DNA of 64,000 nt from a virus. Lineage: Duplodnaviria > Caudoviricetes. The stretch's first letter is position 1. Each line of letters opens with the position of its first letter. The stretch lies in the IMG/VR virus record IMGVR_UViG_2974766419_000001, positions 1 to 64,000 of that record. One strand, written 5' to 3'. The notes under the pieces were generated by a model that searched no databases, was not told the origin of the DNA, and worked only from the letters and a program-made list of their open reading frames with translations. The position numbers and the translations under genes were made by a program. Positions 44,253 to 53,240 of this stretch are shown here, in pieces.

Positions 44253-45293
44253 ATGCGGATCGGCGGCGAGTATGTAGGGCTGGGCCTGGGGGACGCCAGC
44301 GAAGAAATCGGCCGCATCCGCGACTTCATGCGTAGGAAGTTCCGCAGCTACGCGGGCAACCTGCCTGACACCCGCAACGCGCTGGGCCTGCCGCTGTTCG
44401 ATGAGCCGATGACGGTGGCCGTCACTGAGATGCAGGGCCGGTACCTCCAGAGCGGCGAGCTGCGCGACGGCCTGTTCATCTTCGGCATCATCAACGCCGA
44501 AACCAAGTACGTGATGGGCTACCTGGAGCGGCCCGCTGGGCCGGACAACCGGCCGCTGTTCATCACCGTGTGCGGCACCGGTGTGCCCTGGTGGGTCGGG
44601 CCTGACGCCGACACCGCGCGGGCCTGCGAAGACAGGCTGTTCTGGCAGCCCATCGGATATCCAGCCAAGAACTTCCCAATGGGCAAGTCCATCGCCGCGG
44701 GCATCGACCAGTGCCACGTGCAGTTCAACCGCGCGGACCCCGGCTTCATGCACCGCCAGCGCATCGAACGCAACGGTGTGGTGCTCGGCGGCTACTCGCA
44801 GGGTGCAGTCGTCGTGTCGGAGCTGTGGGAGAACAACATCAAGCCGGCCAACGGTTCGCTGCACTGGGCCAAGGACTACGTGGTCAAGGCGGTCACCTGG
44901 GGCAACCCGAACCGCGAGGTGGGCGCGGTGTGGCCGGACTACGGCGGCTCACCGATGGCCAGCCTCACCTCGCAGGGCGTCTCGTCGACGGGGATGCGGG
45001 ACACGCCGTCGTGGTGGCGAAACTACGCGCACGCCGGCGACCTGTATGCCGCGGCCGAGCCGGGTGATTCGCAGCAGGACAAGAACGCCATCTGGCAGAT
45101 CATCCGCGACCTGAACTTCTTCACCGGCACGGATTCCCTTCTGGCCCAGGCAATCGAGCTGTCCCAGATGCCGATCCCGCGCACCATCGCCGCGTTTAAG
45201 GCGCTGATCGACGCGGGTATGTTCTTCGCGAAGGGCACCGGCCCACACGTTGACTACGGAATTGGTCCGGCTATCGAATACCTCCGGTCCTGA
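44253..45293 (+). CDS. lysB: Lysin B (cutinase-like mycolylarabinogalactan esterase)
   Basis: GYSQGA nucleophile motif; WGNP.R; GDLYA; H..Y C-terminus. Confidence 0.93.
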   Translation: MRIGGEYVGLGLGDASEEIGRIRDFMRRKFRSYAGNLPDTRNALGLPLFDEPMTVAVTEMQGRYLQSGELRDGLFIFGIINAETKYVMGYLERPAGPDNRPLFITVCGTGVPWWVGPDADTARACEDRLFWQPIGYPAKNFPMGKSIAAGIDQCHVQFNRADPGFMHRQRIERNGVVLGGYSQGAVVVSELWENNIKPANGSLHWAKDYVVKAVTWGNPNREVGAVWPDYGGSPMASLTSQGVSSTGMRDTPSWWRNYAHAGDLYAAAEPGDSQQDKNAIWQIIRDLNFFTGTDSLLAQAIELSQMPIPRTIAAFKALIDAGMFFAKGTGPHVDYGIGPAIEYLRS

Positions 45294-45305
45294 CATGATG
45301 GGGGC

Positions 45306-45602
45306 ATGAGCCAGATGACCAAGCTGCCGGAAACCGCGAAGGCCATTGCCGGTGTGATCGTCGGCGTGCTGAGCGCGGTGATCACGCGGGCCACCACGGA
45401 GGGCGCTGTGCTGCCCAGCTTCGAGCCGTTCGACACGAAGGGGTGGGCGCTGTTCGTCGCGATCGCGGCGCTCGGCTACTTCGGCGTGTACCTGCCGCCC
45501 AACCGCCAGAACGCCCGACAGCTGGAGGTCGGGCTGGGCAAGCTCACCCCCGAGGAACGGTCTCAGGTGCTGAACACCTGGGCTGGGGGTGGTCCGCGAT
45601 GA
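45306..45602 (+). CDS. Holin (putative, 2 TM)
   Basis: AKAIAGVIVG and LFVAIAALGYFGVY..PN hydrophobic segments; position. Confidence 0.75.
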   Translation: MSQMTKLPETAKAIAGVIVGVLSAVITRATTEGAVLPSFEPFDTKGWALFVAIAALGYFGVYLPPNRQNARQLEVGLGKLTPEERSQVLNTWAGGGPR

Positions 45603-45898
45603 GTCTGCTCGACACGCTGGCGCGCAACGAGGCGGTGCGCAAGCTGGCCCTGGAGGTGGCGCAGCGCATCGGCACCGTCGTGGCCGACCGGCTCACCGCG
45701 CTGCTGCCGGTGATCGTCACCGCGACGGTGAAGGCCATCGAGGATTCGCTGCGCTCGGCGCTGCCCGGCAAGCTGGACCTGCCCGACACGGCGACGCTGG
45801 TGGAGCAGGTGCGCGGGCTGGTGAACCAGCTGCCCGACGTTGACGTTCCTGTGGTCAGCGACATCTTTGACCTCACCGAATGGCTGAAGGGCAGGTAG
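45599..45898 (+). CDS. Hypothetical protein (99 aa)
   Basis: ATGA overlap. Confidence 0.7.
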   Translation: MSLLDTLARNEAVRKLALEVAQRIGTVVADRLTALLPVIVTATVKAIEDSLRSALPGKLDLPDTATLVEQVRGLVNQLPDVDVPVVSDIFDLTEWLKGR

Positions 45899-45908
45899 CA
45901 CAGGTGCC

Positions 45909-46385
45909 ATGCCGGAGCGTCCAGCAAACCCGGGACCTGTCCCGCCGAATATCCATCTGATCACTCCCGCGCCATCAGAGGATGGCGGAGTGCTGCGTGA
46001 ATCCGGTCTGATCACGGTTGTAGCTGCAATGATGAGTGTCGTGACGCTCGTCCTTGTGGTGGCCCTGCTGTTCTGGGCTGACTCGATCACGAGCACGCAG
46101 TGGAAGTATCTGTTCACATTCCCCGGGGGTGAGTTCAGTTGGGCAGCAGTGTTCGGAACAGCCGCAGTACTGATGATCTCGGGGTTGGCCACCCGCCGAC
46201 ATCGCGTGACAGCGTTGGGCCACGCGGTTCTCGGCGTGGCTGCGGGCGTGATCGCCGTGTTCTACGCAGTGGCCCCGGCGCTCGAAGAGACGATGGTCAC
46301 CTTCGGTTGGTATCCGTGGCTCCTGGTGTTGATCCCATCGGCGTTCGGAACAGTCATCTACTGGAGGCCGGTGCGATGGTCCTGA
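45909..46385 (+). CDS. Membrane protein (about 4 TM)
   Basis: Four hydrophobic stretches. Confidence 0.75.
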   Translation: MPERPANPGPVPPNIHLITPAPSEDGGVLRESGLITVVAAMMSVVTLVLVVALLFWADSITSTQWKYLFTFPGGEFSWAAVFGTAAVLMISGLATRRHRVTALGHAVLGVAAGVIAVFYAVAPALEETMVTFGWYPWLLVLIPSAFGTVIYWRPVRWS

Positions 46386-46873
46386 TCAGAAAGTTCGCGT
46401 CGAAGGTCGACAGATTCCTCGCGCACCACCTGGACAGCGAGGCGGTCACCCTGTTTCAGGTGATCGTCTACCTTCACATGGCGGGCGCGGCGCTGTACGG
46501 CCTGTTTGTGGCGGGCGGTATCCCACCGGGCCTATCGGCGGCGGTGCCACGAGACGACAACGCGGTCGAGACGGCGTGGCTGATACTGCTGATGCTGGGG
46601 GTGCTGGCCGTCATCGGCCGGGGATTGGTGGCGTCGCGGTACGCCGGCAACCGCGCGTCGATTTACACGTGCGGCGCGTGGCTGCAATTCACCGGCGATC
46701 TGTCGATGGCCTGGGGTTTCGCTTGGTACGTTTTGGCGTCATGGGGGAACTCATACTGGGGTAAGGAATCCATCGCAGCGTTCGGATTTGCCGCCTACGC
46801 CTGGTGCGCATTCTTCCTGGTCATACGTGACATCCGAAGGATCATGCAGGCAGAGAGAGCCGTACGGGGATGA
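46376..46873 (+). CDS. Membrane protein (3-4 TM)
   Basis: GGAGG SD; hydrophobic stretches. Confidence 0.72.
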   Translation: MVLIRKFASKVDRFLAHHLDSEAVTLFQVIVYLHMAGAALYGLFVAGGIPPGLSAAVPRDDNAVETAWLILLMLGVLAVIGRGLVASRYAGNRASIYTCGAWLQFTGDLSMAWGFAWYVLASWGNSYWGKESIAAFGFAAYAWCAFFLVIRDIRRIMQAERAVRG

Positions 46874-47310
46874 GCGTGTTGGCCGAAGCGGCGACGCAGC
46901 CCACCGGGGTCACCCCGGCGGTCGCCACCATCATCGTCGCCGTGGTCACCGTGCTGGGCGGTGTGGTTGGTGCCATCGTTTCGTACTGGCTGAACCGGAA
47001 CAACAACTCGGCGGACACCGCGGAGAAGATCAGCCGGGCCTGGGTTCCGGTGTTCACCCAGTACGACACTGCGTTGGAGCAGGTGCAGAAGCAGTGCGAC
47101 GCCTGCCGCAAGGAGCTGAATGAGGCCGCGGAGCGGTGGCGTGTGGCCGAGGAGCGAGCCACTGACTACGAGCGGCGGTTGACGGCCGCCGAACAGCGCG
47201 AGCGTACGCAGACCGAGGTGCTGCGTACGCTCGTGCGGGTGTATGACGCGAACGATCCGACAGAGATTGAAGCGGCGATCACGCAGATTCGCCAGATGCT
47301 CCGTGGTTGA
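46870..47310 (+). CDS. Single-TM coiled-coil protein (lysis-cassette accessory)
   Basis: N-terminal TM then long coiled coil. Confidence 0.75.
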   Translation: MSVLAEAATQPTGVTPAVATIIVAVVTVLGGVVGAIVSYWLNRNNNSADTAEKISRAWVPVFTQYDTALEQVQKQCDACRKELNEAAERWRVAEERATDYERRLTAAEQRERTQTEVLRTLVRVYDANDPTEIEAAITQIRQMLRG

Positions 47311-47686
47311 AGGGGTCCTCGTACTCGACGGTGACGTTGAGGCCGCTGGATCGCAGCGCGTAGACCACTCGGTAGGTGAGCGCGCGGTGCCAGGTGGCGG
47401 GCAGGGTGTTCGGAAACCGAACAGCTTGGTGGTCGGTGCGTTCGGTGCGGATGACGGCCCCCAGCGGGCCGTGCTCGGCGTTGGTGACGAGCCGGTGCAT
47501 CTCTTCTTCGGTGACCTGGGTGATGCGGTCGATTTCGGCCGCGGCTTTGGCGGGGACTTCGGGTAGGTCGAACCAGCGGATGATGGTGCGGGATGCCACG
47601 CCGAGTCGTTCTGCCAGCCACACGGGCGTAAGCCCAAGGCCCGTCAGTTGGACCTTGAGCTCCGCACCAGTCATCATGTCACTCAT
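47279..47686 (-). CDS. Cro-like HTH DNA-binding protein
   Basis: MTGAELK..L..LGLTPVWLAERLGVASRTIIRW. Confidence 0.8.
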   Translation of the reverse strand: MSDMMTGAELKVQLTGLGLTPVWLAERLGVASRTIIRWFDLPEVPAKAAAEIDRITQVTEEEMHRLVTNAEHGPLGAVIRTERTDHQAVRFPNTLPATWHRALTYRVVYALRSSGLNVTVEYEDPFNHGASGESA

Positions 47687-47692
47687 GGTGAC

Positions 47693-47723
47693 AGCTTAGC
47701 ATCTATGTCGATGGTCATGACAA
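47693..47723 (-). promoter_or_regulatory. Leaderless promoter of the HTH gene (extended -10 TGcTAAGCT; TTGTCA upstream)
   Basis: -10 at 47698-47693, 6 nt before ATG 47686. Confidence 0.55.
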
Positions 47724-47764
47724 ACCCTCTCCTCTGTCGCTGCAGATGGCGCACATCTTGGTGC

Positions 47765-47998
47765 TCATGCCTGAAACCTCCTAACCCGGTCCAGCTCGAT
47801 GATGAGGCCATCGACGCGCATCACATCGAAACCGAACCCGTGCAGCGTGCCAGTGAGCACGCGCCCGTCGTCGAGCGTGACCTCCACGGGGCTGTACGGC
47901 CCATCGTCGGTGATGTCCTGGATTGCCCGCCGAAGGATGATGTCGAACGTGCCGACCCAGCCGTCGCCCGAGCTACGCAGGTCCAGGTCGTAGCTCAT
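47765..47998 (-). CDS. Hypothetical protein (77 aa)
   Basis: ATGA overlap. Confidence 0.65.
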   Translation of the reverse strand: MSYDLDLRSSGDGWVGTFDIILRRAIQDITDDGPYSPVEVTLDDGRVLTGTLHGFGFDVMRVDGLIIELDRVRRFQA

Positions 47999-48372
47999 GC
48001 CGGCACCACCCCGGCTGGCCCGATGTGGCCCGGCTCGTCGGGCAGCACCGTCTCCGGCGTGACGCGGTACGTCTCGATGCCCGTGTCGAACACCGGCCGC
48101 CAGTAGCCGCCTGTGCAGTTCCAGCGGTAGCAGGACACCGGCACGTAGAACGCGTCGCCGTAGAAGTTGCGGGCACGGTTCCAGCTGCCGTCGGCCTGAA
48201 TCGGCCCGTCGCACAGGGTGCGGGTGACGAAGCGCATCGCCTCGCCGCGCCACCACAGCTGTTGCTGGCAGTTGGGCGGTGTCGCGTTGGCCTTGGGCAC
48301 GCCTGCCAGCACGATGGCCGCGCCGATCAGCGCGCCGACAACGACGAACGCCAGCTTCTGTTTGATGGTCAT
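47995..48372 (-). CDS. Secreted CDGP-motif protein (125 aa)
   Basis: Signal peptide ...AIVLAGVPKANA; C...LCDGPI.ADGSW.R.R...C...C. Confidence 0.8.
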   Translation of the reverse strand: MTIKQKLAFVVVGALIGAAIVLAGVPKANATPPNCQQQLWWRGEAMRFVTRTLCDGPIQADGSWNRARNFYGDAFYVPVSCYRWNCTGGYWRPVFDTGIETYRVTPETVLPDEPGHIGPAGVVPA

Positions 48373-48420
48373 GGTTCTCTCTCCTTCTCTTAGGTGGGGG
48401 TGTTCGGTTTCCGAACAGAG

Positions 48421-48852
48421 TTACCTGCCCGCCTCCTCCAGTCTGATGCGGGCCTTGCTGATCCAGTTCCGCGCGTCGTGCTCATCGACGCAGTGCAGGT
48501 CGTTGAACATCGGAATGCTGATCGGCTTGCTATACAGCTCCTGCGCCACCTCCTCCAGCGCGCGGCTGGCTTCGGCGGTGATGACCGCTGGCGTCCGCGT
48601 GGCCATCGCGGCCGAACGCAGCGCCATCAATGCGCACACCTCGCCCGCCTTGGCGGTCTCTCTCTCCTGCGCCCAGCCGTGCTCATCGAGGTACTGCTCG
48701 GCCGCGGCCAGCAGCTCCGACGGCAGCAGTGTGTCGTCCTCGGTGTATTGCTCGCAGTCGCAGTGCCGACAGCTGGTGAGCACTTCCTCCCCGTCGAGGG
48801 TTTCGGCGATCCAGTGGTCGACGGCGCGATGACTGCAGGTGCAAGACCTCAT
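48421..48852 (-). CDS. Hypothetical protein (Cys/His N-domain + helical domain)
   Basis: CTCSH...H...CRHCDC; GEVCALMAL...FND; 5' end possibly frameshifted. Confidence 0.7.
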   Translation of the reverse strand: MRSCTCSHRAVDHWIAETLDGEEVLTSCRHCDCEQYTEDDTLLPSELLAAAEQYLDEHGWAQERETAKAGEVCALMALRSAAMATRTPAVITAEASRALEEVAQELYSKPISIPMFNDLHCVDEHDARNWISKARIRLEEAGR

Positions 48853-48897
48853 GAACGCCTCGATCTCGTCGTGGTTCTGCGGCCACCTCGAGTCATG

Positions 48898-49329
48898 TCA
48901 TGCCCCTTTCTTGGTCCACGGGGTGCGGACCTGTGTCATGCTGCGCTTCTTCGACACGTCGACGTAGCCCTGCTCCAAGATGCCCACCTCGGCCATCACG
49001 TCGAGCAGCTTGCAGTAGTTTTCCCAGCTCATCGGCTTGTCGATGTACAGGTGATAGTGCCCGTATGTGCTGGACCGCAGCAACATCGCATCCATGTCCA
49101 GGTCAAGAATCGGGATGTGTAGGTCACTGTCGCGCTGCTTGCTGCACACCACGTTCGCGTCGGTCAGCGCTGTCGGTGTCAGGTCCTCCGGCGCGACCGG
49201 CCCGCCACTGCCGCCACCCAGCTCCGTCCGCCCGCACACCTGGCCTCGGCAGAACTTCATGAACCGATCGAACGGAAGGACCAGATCGCGAAAGAACCGC
49301 CGCGGCGGGGCCTCCCACTTCACCGTCAC
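48898..49329 (-). CDS. Hypothetical protein with AEP-primase-like motifs
   Basis: ILDLD...RSSTYGHYHLYID; GTGA overlap. Confidence 0.6.
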   Translation of the reverse strand: MTVKWEAPPRRFFRDLVLPFDRFMKFCRGQVCGRTELGGGSGGPVAPEDLTPTALTDANVVCSKQRDSDLHIPILDLDMDAMLLRSSTYGHYHLYIDKPMSWENYCKLLDVMAEVGILEQGYVDVSKKRSMTQVRTPWTKKGA

Positions 49330-50051
49330 GCGTCCTCTACCTCCTTGTCGACCACATGCTCGGGGAAGCACACGATCTCCTGCTCGTCACGGCTCGTGAT
49401 GTAAGCGATGACGTGCTCCTTGGCGACGAACCCCGCGATGATCCGCCCCGGAGGGTCACCGTCCTCACGCAGACGGGTGGCGAACCACCGGGCGCGGGCC
49501 TTGTCCAGCGTCCAGCTGAACCCGTCTGCGCCATCGTCGTGGCAGTAGCCGCGATACACCCGCGTCATCGGCAGCAACCCACCCGTCTCCGGCGGGCGAG
49601 TAAACACGCACCGCACCTCGGGGGTGGACATCATCTCGCGGTCAGCGAGGTCGGCCGACAACAGCATGCGCCACAGGTCCATGTGCTGCCACGCGTTCTC
49701 GGTGTCCGACCACACTCGACCCAGCAGCTCCCAGTAGTCGGGGCCATCCAGACGCCACATGATGCGGCTGAACGCCTCGATGCGATGCGGTCGCTCATGC
49801 AGCCACACATAGGACTGCCACTGCGCCGCCTTGACCGCGGTCGCGATGGCCTCCTGCTTCTGCGCGTACTGGCGGTTGACCAGCGCGTTCAGCTGCGGGG
49901 TGTGGATGATGCTGTACACCAGCGGATGTTTCAAGCAGGTGCCGAACGGGCCGTCGTCTTCCAGCCACGGCTGAAGGTCAGGGTGCAGCTCCTCCTCGGT
50001 GGCGAAAATCTGCTCCAGCGTTTCCAGCTGGGCTTTCATGTGGCCATCCAT
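49326..50051 (-). CDS. Putative ADP-ribosyltransferase (R-S-E clade)
   Basis: RVYRG ... GFSWT ... RDEQEIV in the C-terminal ~80 aa. Confidence 0.65.
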   Translation of the reverse strand: MDGHMKAQLETLEQIFATEEELHPDLQPWLEDDGPFGTCLKHPLVYSIIHTPQLNALVNRQYAQKQEAIATAVKAAQWQSYVWLHERPHRIEAFSRIMWRLDGPDYWELLGRVWSDTENAWQHMDLWRMLLSADLADREMMSTPEVRCVFTRPPETGGLLPMTRVYRGYCHDDGADGFSWTLDKARARWFATRLREDGDPPGRIIAGFVAKEHVIAYITSRDEQEIVCFPEHVVDKEVEDA

Positions 50052-50095
50052 CGTGGCCTCCTCTCCCTCTCGTGGGCTGTTCAGTTTCCGAACAG

Positions 50096-50731
50096 TCAGT
50101 TCATCAGCGGGCTGCCGGGGCCGATTTCGCCGCGGCGTATCTTGCCGATCGTTTCGGCCATCATTGTCAAGATTCGCTGGGTGTCCTCAAGGTTGTCGCT
50201 GTTCAGTGCCTTATCCACGACGTCGCAGAACACCTTGGGCAGCCTCGGCGCGAGCCGCAGGCCAAACTTCATCGCTGACACGAACCGGCCGGCAGCCTCG
50301 GAGCCATCCATCTCCTCCCACAGCCCGACGCCGACCAGGTTGTTTTCGCGGATGACGTTGGCGATGTGAGCCTCCGTCGTGTTGCCCAGGTTTCTTGTCG
50401 CCGTCAGGACGATGGCCTCCTTGCGGTCGGGATGCTCCGATGGTGCCGCTGCGAGATTGAAGGCTTCCTCCTGGCTGTCGCAGGTCACCATCCAGCACAC
50501 GCTGGCGAACAGGACCGCAACGGCGCGGTGCGCCAGGCACAGCGCGGCCATCATGTCGGCCATCATGTCCCTGGCTTCGTCACCCTTGCTGCTGGCCCGA
50601 AGCATGGCGATCATGACTTCACCCTTGGAATTCTCCAGGGCCAGGAACGGGGGGAAGTCGTCGTCGCCGGTGAGGTCGGCCATAACCTGCTCGATGTACT
50701 TCTGTGCGTCGGCAATTAGTGTGCTCATCAA
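50096..50731 (-). CDS. Hypothetical protein (211 aa)
   Basis: AGGAGGA SD; ORF track. Confidence 0.75.
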   Translation of the reverse strand: MMSTLIADAQKYIEQVMADLTGDDDFPPFLALENSKGEVMIAMLRASSKGDEARDMMADMMAALCLAHRAVAVLFASVCWMVTCDSQEEAFNLAAAPSEHPDRKEAIVLTATRNLGNTTEAHIANVIRENNLVGVGLWEEMDGSEAAGRFVSAMKFGLRLAPRLPKVFCDVVDKALNSDNLEDTQRILTMMAETIGKIRRGEIGPGSPLMN

Positions 50732-50797
50732 ATCCTCCTGTATTGTCGAAGGTGCCCTCGTGGCGATCCTTCTCTTTTCGTGGGGAAAAGAAAGGTG

Positions 50798-50839
50798 GTG
50801 CGGCCCCAGCCCTGATCTGCGTCAGGACCGGGGCCGCAC
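50798..50839 (-). terminator. Intrinsic terminator after the beta-clamp gene
   Basis: GTGCGGCCCC...GGGGCCGCAC stem, then CACCTTTCTTTT on the minus strand. Confidence 0.75.
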
Positions 50840-50843
50840 ACTT

Positions 50844-51887
50844 CTATCCGGCCACCCGCACCGGCATGATCAGATGCAGGTCCGACTCGCTGACATCCTG
50901 GAACACCACCGGCCTGTTGCCCGCCGATCCGGCCATCAGCAACGTCCCGGTGTCGATACCGCGCAGCGCCTCGTTGAGGTACTTCGACCGCATCCGCACC
51001 ACCAGCGGGCCATCCAGCTCATGCTTGATGATGTTCAGCGGCTTGAGTGTCCGCTCCACCTCGACACCATCGCTGTGCGAGGTCACCCTGATCGCGTCAG
51101 GGGCGACGCTGATCGTCACCTCATCGCCACCGGCCGCGTCGAGCAGATCCCTGCGCGACAGGGCCACCTGCACCGGCGGGTCCTTCGGGATCAGGTGCTG
51201 CCACTTGAACAGGTCCTGCTGCGGCATCGGCGCGAGCACCGTGCGCCCAGCCGACGACAGCTCGATCCAGTCCGCGTCGCCCACCTTGCCCGGCTCCACG
51301 TACACGACACCCTGAGACTTCGACATCGCCTTGAGCGCCGCGGTCGGTGCCACCGCCCTGAACTCGGACGGGCCGTAGTTGATCCGCGACAACCGGAACC
51401 GATCGGTGGTCACCATCTGCCCGGCGTCGAACGACACCACCATGAACTGCGGCATCGACTCGTCGGTGCCCGCGGAGGTCAGCACCTGGGTCAACTGTGG
51501 CGTACCAATGATGGCCTGATCGGCGGTCGACTCGAACTCTGGCCAGATCGGATACTCCACGTTGGCGGCACGCACCTTCACCGTGGCGTCGCTGGACTTG
51601 ATGATCAGTTCGTCGTCGTTGACGGTGAGCACCAGCATCCCGCTCACCGACTTCAGGCCGGCCAGCAGCTTGCCCGCCTCGACCAGCACCGTGGCCTGAG
51701 CGGCACCCTCCACCGGAATCACCGACTCCTGGAACAGGTCCATGTTGGTGCGACGCAGCACCAACGCGCCAACCAGGGCGGTCACCCTGATCAGTGCCGA
51801 CGCCGGGGCGGCCCCGGTCGACATCTTGGCCAGCCACGCCACCTCGGGGGTGAGCACGCCATCGCGGACTTTCAGCTCTCTACTCAT
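50844..51887 (-). CDS. dnaN: DNA polymerase III beta sliding clamp homolog (347 aa)
   Basis: Three-domain clamp size; EYPIWP; VTTDRFRLS; KYLNEALRGI; HLIMPVR C-terminus. Confidence 0.88.
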   Translation of the reverse strand: MSRELKVRDGVLTPEVAWLAKMSTGAAPASALIRVTALVGALVLRRTNMDLFQESVIPVEGAAQATVLVEAGKLLAGLKSVSGMLVLTVNDDELIIKSSDATVKVRAANVEYPIWPEFESTADQAIIGTPQLTQVLTSAGTDESMPQFMVVSFDAGQMVTTDRFRLSRINYGPSEFRAVAPTAALKAMSKSQGVVYVEPGKVGDADWIELSSAGRTVLAPMPQQDLFKWQHLIPKDPPVQVALSRRDLLDAAGGDEVTISVAPDAIRVTSHSDGVEVERTLKPLNIIKHELDGPLVVRMRSKYLNEALRGIDTGTLLMAGSAGNRPVVFQDVSESDLHLIMPVRVAG

Positions 51888-52011
51888 TTTCCTTCTCTCT
51901 TCTCTTGTGGGGAAACGGGGGTGTTCGGGATTCGAACACCTGGACCAGGGGCGTCGCCACGTCACGGGAAGACGCGTCCCCCGCAGCGTGGCACTACACC
52001 CGAACATGACC

Positions 52012-52977
52012 TCAGCGCGCACCGGCGATGATCGGCGACGGATCGTACTGGTGGCAGTCGGAGGTCTGCCTGCACTTGTCGCGCAGGTAGGCGTCGACGG
52101 CCTCCGGCCCGGTGCCGTAGCCGGCAATCTCGGCTTGCCGAACTTCGGCCTTCTTCAGCTCGGTGAGCCTCTGTTGTATGGCCGCGGCTTCCTCAGCCTT
52201 GGCCGCTTCCTCCTTGGCCTTCGCCTCGGAGGTCAGCCTGATCCGCTCAGCTTCGGCCGCGGCCTGGTTGACCTGGATCTGCTCGGCGTTGGCCCGCAGC
52301 TGCTCGTTGGTCGGGTATGGCTTGCCGACCTGGACGACGAAGTTGTTGAAGTACTCCTTGCCGCCGGTGCGCATCGCGGTCTGCTTCGGCAGCTGCTCCG
52401 AGAGCGTCTTGACGTACTCACTGCGGATCACGTCGTCGTTCCAGATTCGCTGCCATGGATACTTCTGCGTGACCACGATGACGGCCTGCTCGGCGGGCTG
52501 GCTGATGACGCGGGTCAGCAGCTTCTCCCAGCCCTCGGTCGGGTTGCCGTCGCCGTCCAGCCAGCCGCCGTCCTGCGTGGCGTACTGCCTGAAGAACTCC
52601 TTGAGGTCGTCGCAGTTGGTCGTCATGTCGAACGTGATGGTCACCGGAATGGCCATCTCCGCTTGGCCGGTGCTGAAGTTCGGGTCAGGCTCGTCACCGG
52701 CCTTCAGCGGCGCGCTGGCCGGTTTGGACAACGCGGTGTACGGCCCCCGCTCTGCGCCCGGGTCGTTGTTGGCGTCCCAGGTGATGGCCCGCGCCGGGAA
52801 GCGGTACCAGTCGGTGCCGATGTCGGAGACCATCGACTCCTCGACGGCGCACTTCGACACCGTGGGCGCGCCCCAGCTGTCCTTGCCGACGGCCTGCTGA
52901 CCCGGCCCAATATGGGCACAGGCCGTCAGTCCGGCGGCGGCCAGCGCGGTGACGACGACGAGAGGTGTTCTCTTCAC
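52012..52977 (-). CDS. SPFH/band-7-like lipoprotein
   Basis: Lipobox LTAC; IGPGQQAV; C-terminal coiled coil AAAEAERIR. Confidence 0.7.
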   Translation of the reverse strand: MKRTPLVVVTALAAAGLTACAHIGPGQQAVGKDSWGAPTVSKCAVEESMVSDIGTDWYRFPARAITWDANNDPGAERGPYTALSKPASAPLKAGDEPDPNFSTGQAEMAIPVTITFDMTTNCDDLKEFFRQYATQDGGWLDGDGNPTEGWEKLLTRVISQPAEQAVIVVTQKYPWQRIWNDDVIRSEYVKTLSEQLPKQTAMRTGGKEYFNNFVVQVGKPYPTNEQLRANAEQIQVNQAAAEAERIRLTSEAKAKEEAAKAEEAAAIQQRLTELKKAEVRQAEIAGYGTGPEAVDAYLRDKCRQTSDCHQYDPSPIIAGAR

Positions 52978-53240
52978 AGGGGGAATTCCTTCTTCTCGAT
53001 GATGGGGTTGTTGAGCTGCCGGTGCAGCAGCTCCTCCTGGTAGGCGGCACGTTCCCGCTCCAGAAGTTCTCGGGCGTAGGTGCGGCGGTCCTCGTCGGAC
53101 AGCCACACCATCGGGTCCTCGACGCCTGCGAGGGTTTTCTCCAGTCGGGCCACCTTGCCTCGAAGCGCGCCGATGTAGGTGACCAGGATGGAGATCACGA
53201 TCATGCCGACAGGGAGGGTGGCCAGGAGTACGTACTTCAT
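52974..53240 (-). CDS. Membrane protein (88 aa)
   Basis: N-terminal TM helix. Confidence 0.7.
   Translation of the reverse strand: MKYVLLATLPVGMIVISILVTYIGALRGKVARLEKTLAGVEDPMVWLSDEDRRTYARELLERERAAYQEELLHRQLNNPIIEKKEFPL

Noticed and set aside
46150-46352. Two TGTTCGGAACA-like half-site clusters in the 45909 gene
   Set aside because: They lack the 3-bp spacer and second CCG, and both are explained by the codons for (V/A)FGT.
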